Shown here in pieces: positions 49,175 through 60,100 of a DNA stretch of 64,000 nt. Both the position numbers and the translations under genes were made by a program. The stretch comes from Azolla caroliniana. Taxonomy: Eukaryota; Plantae; Polypodiophyta. Under the pieces are notes generated by a model, which saw only the letters and a program-made list of their open reading frames with translations, did not search any database and was not told the DNA's origin. Location of the stretch: positions 1,116,001 to 1,180,000 of the forward strand of contig JBHGNT010000005.1 in assembly GCA_043228905.1 (NCBI GenBank), written 5' to 3'. Within the stretch, counting starts at the first letter, position 1. Each line of letters starts with the position of its first letter.

Positions 49175-50330
49175 GAGAGAGAAAGAAAGATATACATACT
49201 AACATCTTTAAGAGGCCAAAATAGTCAATAAGACAAAACTAGTGATCGCATCTTAAAATTTTGCATTGTCGTCAGAGTACAAAAACCAAATAGATGTTAA
49301 AAATAAACAAAATAAAACACGACTAAAGAAGCTTGTTATTAATGCATAAAATATTCTTGAGTTAAATAGATTGAAATTTTTGTCTTCAAAAGGTCTCTTG
49401 CATAGTTCAATCCAAATTGGAGAGATCTCCAAAGTGCGGGCAACACTTGCGATTGGAGGAGATAATTGCCTTTATCAGCTAATTATGAGGGTTGTGTAAT
49501 CGTGGTTGGGGCCTACATGCAAGGAAATTTTCTATTGCCCAGACCCCAATCTATGGTCACCCCTTCGCAATGTCCTAGTCAAGGAACCCACTTGTGTAGC
49601 TCTTGAGTGAATTGTAGCATGAATAGGAGTGATGGAGCTAAATAAATTTGTGATTGTTCTTTGTTGGCTGTATTGGTGTGCTTCAACAACTTCTTCTTGT
49701 ATCTCTTGAGTTCTATGAAGATCATTTTGTATTACCTTACATAGTGATCCCATGTCTTGGTTAAATAGATGATATTACTTGCCTCTTATTTAATAAACAA
49801 TTGTATATTAATAGACGTAATGTTCTTCAAATTCTATTTCTTGATGACATAATTGGCAATCTCTTTGTTCTACATGTATGTGTGCATATCTACCTACCCC
49901 AATCTCTAACTAATGTGAAGAAGTATATCGATACCCTATCATACTTTGCAACACACAGGATAGATGTATATCCATATAAGAGGGATCTAAGTAAATCCAT
50001 TCTCTAATGTGAGTAAAAAGTGTGCATTTTAGTGGACCATCTTGGTATCGAGAGGTGTTGTTTGGGTTTGATTTATGTTCTTCCATTATCCAAGTTGTTT
50101 ATAATATCATTTAAGATTTGTCTACTCTTTTCTACTTTGGTTATGTTTAAATGGGGACAATGCAAGTTGTATTAGAATGAGGGTAGTTAATTTATACGTG
50201 CACCATGCAACTCGAACCATCTTTGTGTTTTAGCATAACAACAATGGTTGTCTCCATGTTCAACAAGTTGTTTTGATGACACAAGTGCCAAGCTTGAGTA
50301 TCTTTGTTTAAGGAGCCCCTAAAGCCGTTG
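49175..50330 (-). mobile_element. Old degenerate LINE 3' portion (third subfamily)
   Basis: Minus frame ~49942-49780: SSH*LEIGVGRYAHIHVEQRDCQLCHQEIEFEEHYV...IRGK. 3' end GACTATTTTGGCC-tcttaaaGATGTTAG...(TCTT)(TC)n; 5' limit approximate. Confidence 0.75.
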
Positions 50331-50407
50331 AAGGTGCCGAACACTTATTAGAATAATGTCTTAATGATTGTTGGTGTTGCTCTATCTTCTGTGCGCGCAT
50401 GCGCACA

Positions 50408-50457
50408 CAGAGAGATAGATAGATTCTATTATCGTCTTTGGAGGTCAAATATGACTA
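50408..50457 (-). mobile_element. ~50-bp LINE 3' stub flanked by (GA)n on both sides
   Basis: Sense AGTCATATTTGACC-tccaaaGACGATAATAGAA-(TCTA)(TC)n, the same end as at 40428-40468. Confidence 0.55.
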
Positions 50458-52302
50458 GAGAGAGAGAGAGAGTATTGTGCAAGGTAACATGTCATCATAA
50501 CTAGAGTGTAGGGTGGGATCGAGTTCATAATAGTATATAGATGCCCATAAGAGTTCTAAAGGCTCTTGTGAGCTAGTCACGGTGGTGTTTTTTCTTTCAT
50601 AATGAAAGATATTATTTATGAACAGAGAGATGGAGAAAGAGAGAGAAAGTTAACATCAATGGGAGACTGATTGCAATTTAGGAGAAGGGGTCTAGCCCAT
50701 GGCGAAAGTTCATCATATGGACACATAAGTAAAGTTTATGACACAACAATAAAAAGAACCCAATAAGAGGCATGAGCATGAAGTTGGTGAGAATTTGACA
50801 TTCAAAAGGAAGACATTACATCCAAGGACCATTTAGATGTGCCAATTTGTGATGTCTCTTTAAGTTTGTTAGTCAAATATTTGTTTTAACATATAGAGTT
50901 TTTGGGGTCCCTCAAATGGCTAGGCCAAATCGGGCAACCTTTGCAATCAAGTGTGCAAACATGGAGACAATATTAACCTCTTTGGATGATTCTCCTCAAG
51001 TAGATTGTCATGAAGTGTTATGTATTATAAGGGTTTAGGAATTAGAATGCTATATTTCATGACAAAGGAGTGAATGCATTGCTCATTCATATATACATAT
51101 ATCTAGATTGTGAAACACATAAGTAAAATAATATTTTGTGGCTATGGCTTTTGCATAAATATGCATGATAGTTTGCTCTATTGGGCACTTTGCAACTCAT
51201 TTGTATTCCTCTCTCAACTTATACATAAATGTACATGATGGTTGCTATTATGGGCACTTTGTAACTCATCTATATTTACTCTCAAAACATTATATATTTG
51301 TGTAAGCATTGTCAGATAGGTAAATGGTGGAGAGTCCCCATGTGAATGTTGCGAATACATAGCGTTCATGGTCTATGATGCAACATCAAACCCTCTCCTC
51401 CATATTGTAGCCAACACCTTTGATGTTATAAACATTGAGCTTTACTACTACATTGTCATATTTATACACCTAAATTCCCGAATTCTACTTGTGAATATAT
51501 TTTTTAATATATCATAGACATGGTTGATTGTTGGTATTATCCTATTGTTTTTGAGAAACTTTGCGATTTTTGGCTCCACCTCTGTTTGTTTATCTAGTCC
51601 AACAAAAAGGCCAATATGTCCATATTGTGCTAATGTCTTATTCCTATCTAAGTTTGATATGTGCCAGGAATAATTATTGTCTATGATTTCAAAAGAATGG
51701 GGACAATTCAAAATTTAAACATAATTGAATTGTGTTTAGATCTAATGTATATTATGCTCTATCAACTATCGCGCAAACCTTCTAAAATCATTAACGAAGT
51801 ATACATGTTCATGTGGGGAAATTGTATTTTTTAAATCTATATTGATATTCTTCATCCTCCAACTTTGTCTCTAATGTGTAATATGCCTTTAATGAACATT
51901 TAAAAATGTATCATATATGTACATACAACTCCTCTACTTTAGGTAGACATTATGTCTACTTTTAACATTAATACAAAAAGAAATATTTCATGTTTGTGTT
52001 TTGTGTGCCTATCCAACATGTTTGATAGTAAATAATGATCATTATGTTGCAAGGGATAAACTGAATTGTGACGGTGTGATGCGAAGAGTAATAAGGTCCC
52101 CACTGATAGTCCCCCCCCCCCCCCCCCTAAAAAAAAGACAGTACTTTCCCATTAGTTAGGAGATATTATTATAGAAAAACTATACAAGGTGGCTTATACA
52201 TAAATCAGGGATTTGCCCTCCGACCAAGTTCAAGAATATGAGGCTACGTACAAATCCTTTCAAATTGACTACTTAATGTAAGTAGGTACCTATAGCTATA
52301 AA

Positions 52303-52347
52303 CTAGTGTCGTTCATCACCGGCCAGTACGAGCCTGATCGTATGGCC
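52303..52347 (-). mobile_element. Putative Helitron 3' terminus
   Basis: Minus strand: GC-rich hairpin GGCCATACGA...TCGTACTGGCC, 14-nt spacer, then CTAG followed by T. No 5' TC end located. Confidence 0.45.
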
Positions 52348-53412
52348 TACAATGAAGGGAGGGTGGGAGGTGAGTAGGAAACCGTCAACGTGGGGGCTAG
52401 TAGTTCCAAGAGCCCATAAACAATGTTGGCCATTTGTAATTGTCACAATCACGATGAAGAAATGTTATGGTGTCACATCTTGAGTGCAAAAGATTGTAAC
52501 ACTTCACCACATTGTAGTCTATACAAGGTACAAATATATGACAAATACTCCAAGTGGAAAACAAGAAATCACTACATAATACAATGTGATGGATGGACCA
52601 CACCCTCTTCTTGTTCTTCTTCTTTTCATAAAAAATATCCTCCATTGGTATTAAAATTAAAGTAAACTGTATACATATGTTGTGTTGCATTTGCTCAAAA
52701 CTAATACAACACCGCCTCAACATATCCATGAGACGATACTTGAAACCATCATAGTGCTAGATGTTTTCTGTACAGTTTCTTCATTTCAAGCATATCCCGA
52801 AATTAAACTAGTATGAACCACACATTGTATATGCATGAAGAAGTTTGAATCAACACACGTTACATTTTGAGAATAGGCAAGTGTGAGGAATTAGTCCTAA
52901 ACTAGCTAACAATGAAATTATGTATGGGGACCGATTTGCCATGACTATTGAAATAGATAAGCTAGTTACTTTTTTATGAGCAAAACATTCCAATAAAAAT
53001 GCTTCATTATTTTTGTCAACCATGTTCACCCAAATGTCCATCTGGTTTAAATAAATAAGGGGGATTTAATAAAATACGCGTTGATTCACAAGCATTTAAA
53101 CATATATTTTATCTTCCTCACATCATTAAATGAATAATCATTGTCAAAGCACCTTTTAGATATTTCGATCTCTTATTATGATATTGTGGCGAACAAAAGG
53201 GAATAATAGATTATTTTACTCAATTATAGATCACACTTTCTCAACTGTGATAACTATGGGTCTATGAGATATTATAAATTATAATGTTATAGATCTTTCT
53301 TCAGTTTAAACATTAGGATTGGGAAAATGCAACATACAATTTCAATAGTAGAAAATATATTTCTTTGTTGTGAACACAAGAGGGAGAGATAGAACCATGG
53401 ATACGGCTTGAC

Positions 53413-53800
53413 AAGATAGATAGATTTTATCGTCATCTTCGAAGGTTAAATATAGCCTACATGCAAAAGTTGAAATATTCTCATGGTGTGTGGAGTTGAT
53501 GAATGTCTCTTAATTCTTGGGTTTTTTTCCGTTGAAGTGGCTAAGTAGTATGGAAGCAAGGGTGGACATGACGTTGGCCTCTTTGGGGTGAATGGGTGAG
53601 TGTGCTTTGCCTATATTGGAGAAGGAGATGGTTTGCTATTGCTTAGTGTAACATGCCAACATAATGAATGTGTGAGGCGTGAGGCTACAAATCCCTCCCA
53701 TTTGTGCTACATGGTTGTTGCAATAAGAAAGTCTCATTCACAGATGAGCAAGTGCAATGCATCCCATGTTCCAAGCCATGTGTGGATGGCATTGCGTTTG
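53413..53800 (-). mobile_element. Degenerate LINE 3' remnant
   Basis: Sense end GGCTATATTTAACC-ttcgaaGATGACGATAAAA-(TCTA)n; coding-like frame upstream. Confidence 0.5.
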
Positions 53801-53839
53801 TCTAGTACTCAATGTATCGTTTTGACACGTCCTTAAAAC

Positions 53840-53842
<3 letters not shown>

Positions 53843-53882
<40 letters not shown>

Positions 53883-56257
53883 AAAGAAAGAAAGTTATAT
53901 TAACGTCTTCTAAGGCCAAAATTAGCCCATGAGACAGTTGGTTTGCAACAAGAATGGGTATTTATCCAATCATCAAAACTAAAATAAAAGTAAAGTAAAA
54001 ATAGCTTAAGCTAAAAGAGTTCTAGTCATGTACAAAACATAGTATACTTGATAAAAAAGAAGTGACTTTGCACTAAGCCTAATTTCATTTCCACCCAAGC
54101 CTCTCGAAAAGAAGTGGGAGGTCAAAGGGTTTTGGTGTGGGTGTGACCCATGGTCCTGGTGTATAGAGTGCCCCAACCATGGCTTTTAGGCGGTGTAGCT
54201 CACGTTCCCTTATTTTCTTTATTGCTTCTACATCACATCGAGTTGCTTTGAAACCTAGCATCCAAGGGCATTTGGTTCTTCTTTGATTTTCTGCTTCATC
54301 AAGGAAAAGCCTGAGTGGTGCAGGTGTGTCGACATTTGTTGTCTCCCCCTGTTCCTAAAAGACTTCATTTGTTACATGTTGGTGAACATTAGCAACCCTA
54401 TTGTCAACATTTTGTAACTTATTCTCTCTGTGTTGTTTTAATTCTAGGATGTATCTACCTAATTTCTTTATATCTAGTGTATCTAAAAGTTTAGGGAGGG
54501 TGGGAGAGGAACCAAGTATGTCTTGGTATTTGGCCCTTATCTCGGCATAGATGGGACATTTGCATGTAAAGTGGTACTCATCTCTATCTCTACATGGCAT
54601 AACCTACATATCCTTTCCTCCCTAGGGACTCCATTAATACGTCCATGCTCAATCTCAAGTTGGTGAGATGATATTCTAAGTTGACCAATGGCAACCCTTG
54701 GTGCATGTGGTAAGAATACATCCAGGTATTTTGGCCGTGTAATAAAACCTAACTTAGAGAAGTGCATGAAATGTTCCTTATAGTACAACATTTTAGATGG
54801 GAGTGGCTCTAGTGGGGTGATCCATTTACATCAAGTGTAAATTTGCCATATTTCTTGGCGTATTACTTTATTTCGGTCCTCATGAGAGATTAAAGTGTTA
54901 TTAATCGTGTGGTCGTACTTAAGGGGGGGGGGGGGGGGAGGTTATTAATGTCTAGATTGTTCGCAAGAAGCCAACTCACCATCATGCCATACCATGAGCC
55001 AGTATAGCCAAACTCATACAATGATCGAGAGGCCTTAAAGGCTTGATGAGATATTCTATCATGTGGTTGGCTATGTATCCAGTGGATAAAGACTACAAGT
55101 TGAAAAAATGCTTCTATTAACATCAGGGGTAGAGTGAACTCAGCCCGAATAATGTCATGTGGGACTGTCGATTTGCTTCGGAGTTGGCGTGATAATATCA
55201 TCACCAATGGTCTCTCTAGGAGCCCAAACTGTTGATGCATACATGAGGGAGGGAGTCACTAATGAGTCAAAGAGCCACCCTTTAGTCCGTGGTTGTTGGA
55301 AGTATGCTTGATGGTATTGTCTCTCGAAGAGTGAGAGGAATGCATGTCCTCTCGTAAGTCTATCCTTCATTGAAATTTACCTGAGCGGGCATTGAAAGTG
55401 ACTCCAAGATAGACATATGATCCAACCACGTCAACTGGGCTATGGGAGATAGTTAGGTGACACTTAGCTCTAACTTGGGCTGACGTGTGGAAGATAAGGA
55501 CTTTAGTTTTCCCTAGATTCACTACCAATCCTTGTTGTGCACAAAAGTCATCTAAGGCATTAAGGTGCCTTTGTAGGTCGTGTTCAGATTAAGAGAGCAA
55601 GACTATGTCATCTACATAGAGCAAGATACGAACTTGCATATCCCCAAGGACTACTCCATTGCCTCCCTTACGAGCAATACAATCTGTGATCTCATCAGTG
55701 TAGATCCCAAAAAGAGTCGGAGATAGGGGGCAACCTTGTTTTACACCAATAGTGCTAGTGAAACAATCGGATAGGCCACCTAGGCATCGAACACACCCGG
55801 ACACTTGTTCATATAGTGCGTAGATGGCCCAAACCATATCATCTGGTATCCTCAAGCTTTTAAGCCTATCAAACAACTGCTCCCTAGGGACCGCGTCAAA
55901 GGCTTTGCGGAAGTCCATTTCTTCTTGTGAGCCTTAGTTTGGTCAATTAAGCATCTAAGTGTGAAGATATGATCAATAGCGGAGAAGGCTCGTCTAAAAC
56001 CAGCCTGTTCAGGTGCACGAAGATTTAAGGTCTCCAGATAATCGCTAAGCTCTGCCTCCATTACCGCACCATATAATTTAGCAAGGGTATGATCTATCAT
56101 AATGGTCCTATATGTATTTGGGTCCATGCGGTCCCCCCCCTTTATGTATAGGGGCCACTGTGTTCATGGTCCATTGTGGTGGAAAACCCTCAGCGAGGGC
56201 ACGATTGAAGATTAGAGTTAGCAAGGGAGCTAAGCACTCTCTCGCATATATGATGTG
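53843..56257 (-). mobile_element. 5'-truncated non-LTR retrotransposon copy 2 with reverse transcriptase and C-terminal zinc finger (RTE/RTEX-like), inactivated
   Basis: RT motifs PIHKGGD..DPNTYRTI, EQAGFR, DFRKAFDAV, GVKQGCPLSPTLF and LLYVDDIVL; zinc finger SSHQLEIEHGR..PREERICRLC..EDEYHF..CPIY; frameshifts and stops; tail (CTTT)n(CT)n at 53843-53893; TGAGAGAG at both flanks. Confidence 0.93.
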
Positions 56258-56650
56258 AGAGAGGACCCACGACCTAGGATTAGTAGTCTAACAATAACAA
56301 CTAAACACTAGGTTAAGCTAATCTCAGTGCTCGTATTGGGGTGATACACTTGTGTGGGTCATGTGTTGTTATGTGTGTGGGTATGGAGACAAGAGATAGG
56401 GGACAGAAGGAATAGAAGAAGGAATAGAAGAAGAAGAAGAAGAAGAAGAAAAGGAGAAGCAGGGGAGGTTTGCCGAGGAAGTGAAATGAGAAACGTGAGG
56501 AATATGATGTAATGGGCCCCCAACAAAGTCTTTTCTTCATTTCGTTTCTCAACGTGTTGCGATAAACTCAAAATGTGGGTTTTCCAGAGACTGGTCGTTT
56601 TTTTGAATGATCTTCCTCCTCTTCTTCTTTGTTCTGTTCAATTACTCTGT

Positions 56651-56698
56651 AGACAGTGACAGCGAGACAGTGACAGAGACAGAGACAGAGACAGAGAG
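56651..56698. repeat. (GACAGN)n hexamer repeat in the kinase leader; (GAA)n tract at ~56410-56450
   Basis: Direct reading. Confidence 0.8.
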
Positions 56699-57124
56699 CT
56701 TGACCTTACATCTTCATCTTCTGGAAGAGGAGGAAGAGCATAGTGTTCTCTCTCTTTCTCTTTTGAGAACCATATTGCCTGTAGGTTGACTAGAAATCAA
56801 TATGACCTGCAGACATTTGAAGAGCAAAACAGAGTAGATATATATTTATATGGTTTTATAGTATACTCCAGGAACCATATCCAAGCGTCCTATAGCTGTG
56901 CATCAGACTTGCCTGTATACCCATGAAAATCCTTCAACACTTCATCTGCAAAATTGTGGTGGAATCCAATATTTTTGTACTTGAACTCCCCAAATAAGAA
57001 TATCCTCATTCACAATTATTCTAGTTTTTTCTGGGATACAATACACACATTTACATATAATTTGGTAGATAGACAGAAGGACGAAAGACAGAGAGAGACA
57101 AATAAATAGATAGATGCTGTCCCA

Positions 57125-60100
57125 ATGAAATCTTGGATACCTAAACTAGCTTCGAAAGGAGGGAAGAAGAAAGTAAACAAAGGAAATCCTCAAAGTACAG
57201 ATGACATCCTCTGGAAACATGAGGATAGTTCAATTCCGAGCACACCACGCCTTGAACGGTCCCGGAATGGTCGTCGACATTTGTCTAAAATTCAGAGCTT
57301 CCAATTGGTGCCCAACAGATCATATGATGTTCGGCATGAACCTACCTTGCCCTCTGTGTCGGAGCCTGTTTCCCCGAGAAGATATGGTGAGTTTCTGTCA
57401 TGAGTTTAAACCTAATTTTCCTTTCAGTATTTTGTGAGTTTAAGCCTTACTTTTCTCCAAATTTCTTTGTTGTGAGTTTAAGTTTAGGATTGGTTCAGTT
57501 GTTTTTGAGTTCAAATGTCATATTCCTTTAGTTCTTGATGATCTAATATTCTTTCAATGTCTGAAGGCACACGTGATAATGAAAGCCATGGTCTACAACT
57601 GGCACCTCGATATGGGCCATCATCTGATGGCTCTATAAGCTCGGATACTTGCGTATCCTCTGGAAGTGAGTTGGAAAGTTATGGCGTATATTGTGAAAGC
57701 ACAGGTTTCAGAGAAAGTAAGGGTACAACACAATCAAAATCACAATCAACACTTGATGTATTAAGATCATCCCCAGATAGTGGTTTTGAGTAAGCAAAAC
57801 ACATCTCAACCATTCATTGGCTTAATACTCATGGGTTTCTCATAAAAAAGAAGCTTTGTACATATATACACATCTTGAAGGATTGGTGATCCCCATATCT
57901 TCAATTGAAGTATCTGTATGTGTGTATTTTCAGCAAAGGAATTCATGCAATTTATGAGGAAAGTGATGAAAGTACATGTTGTGGAAGCTCACCTCCAGTT
58001 CCTGCAACACCAAGAAACGTGTTTGAGCAACCAACAAAAATAGAGGGAATGAAAGGGCGTAACATATGTCCATCATATCAAGGTATCGGTAGAGCGACAC
58101 CTAACAATAATGTACCTGATCATGGCGGGATGCATGAAAATGCTCATAAAATTCCTGCACAAAGCCCAAGGAGTCATCTTTCAAGTTCAAGACTCACGAG
58201 TCCCCACAAAACTCCTCTCCAGAGTCCGAGGAGTACTCTTTTGAGCCCTAGACAAATGGGCCTAGGATGGCATGATGATTCACAACATGGACACCCACTG
58301 CCTCTGCCTCCAGCAGTGTCTCCTCGCTCAGTTTCTCCATCGGTAAACCATAACAGGTCGGATGATTCGGGTAGACTTGATCCACAATCTCCATCGACAC
58401 CATGGTCACGAAGCTCCATGGTAGCTGATGGAAATTGTGGACAGTGGATAAAGGGTGCTCTCCTTGGAAGTGGATCTTTTGGAAAGGTTTACAAAGGCAT
58501 TCACAGGTAGCTGACAAAACCATGTGGCATTAATAATGGAAACGTTTATGATAAATGAATCCTTTTGTGACATATTTTTGCACTCTTTCTTACTCGTTCT
58601 CCTTGCTGGAATGCTGAAGGGAAACAGGGGATTTGTGTGCAATTAAAGAAGTAGAACTTGTTGCAGATGATCCAAGATCAAAAGAAAGTGCTAAGCAGCT
58701 TTCTCAGGTTGTTGCAAACTCTTGTCGTTGACATCTTTAGATTTGTTTAGTCAGTTGGGTTCAATGTTCTTATTTAACCTGAAACCTTCAACAGCTCATA
58801 CATGTCTACATCCATGCATACGTGATTGGTAGACAATCAGTAATGCATTGTGCATATATACATACATATATACACACTACGGTTTCTTTAATACCTTACT
58901 GATGGGATACATCAATGTTAGATGAAGACAAAAAAAAGATTGTAATGAAATGATCATCAGGTTAACACTTGCCATATGAGTAGAACATTCAAAGAAGAGA
59001 GCGATATGTATGCTCCCACTATCTTATGAGACATGGCAAGCATGTAAAGATTTCCTGTTTGGGGATAGGTTGCCCAGAATGTAGTTTGGTTACTTTATAC
59101 CCATATTGTCAACAAAGTTCAACATCAAATCCATACAATGAAAATATCTAAGCCTGAATAGGCAGCGCTATGCAGTACATAGCCTCAAAAAAGTTCTGTA
59201 AGTATAAGAAGGAAACCATAATTGCTGGTAATGAGTGATTTTTGTAAGAAGGTGGCTGCTCATTTACAAGTTCATAGCATCACCTTTGTTTCCACCAAAC
59301 CAAATTGTTTTCATCTTCCAAACAACACTGTAACATGTGTCAACCCAGTGATCAGGCTGTAAAAGCACATAAACCTTCTTTTCTGAAAGTAACAAAAGAG
59401 GCCTGTCAGAACCCCCAAGCATTTCTAAACCCTTTGAATGGCTTAACTATGCCTTCTTTTGGGTTCTGGGAATGTTACAATGTTTTGATCAATTTATGTA
59501 CATACATATAAATAAGATCTGCAGGTTAACAACATGAAATGCCTTTGAACTACACGATATCATCATATTAAGGTGATATCTATGAAAGAATGTTGGATGC
59601 TTACAAGCATACTATGCAAGTAAATATATGAAACCATGTATCAAATTTTGTTCAAAAAAGACAACGCAAGCATTATCAATCAGAGATGTGCTATTGGACC
59701 AAATGAAGAAGGTAGAATATAGTGTCTTAAAGCTTGACATGGCATTGGCCTTTAAGCTAGTCCCAAAAGCCTAAGATGATATATATAGTCCAAAGGTGGG
59801 AATAACTAGGATCTGTCTGTTATGTTTGATGTAATATGAAAACCATAAATTAATACATGTGTGTTGAAGATAGAAACAGTACACCATCATTTATATCATT
59901 GCAGTTGCATGCTTGAGAATCCAAGCAACTGTTGGCCAACTGTTCCAGATACTATAGTTTATCCTAGGGAATAATGTTGGTACCCGTTTGATCTATTATA
60001 GCTAGTATAATGATTCTTTTAGAAACTGCTTTGGGGTACCAAAGACTGTTGCAAAAAGGATCTTTTGTTACCTTTCCCTCGTTTGAATACAAATATTCTG

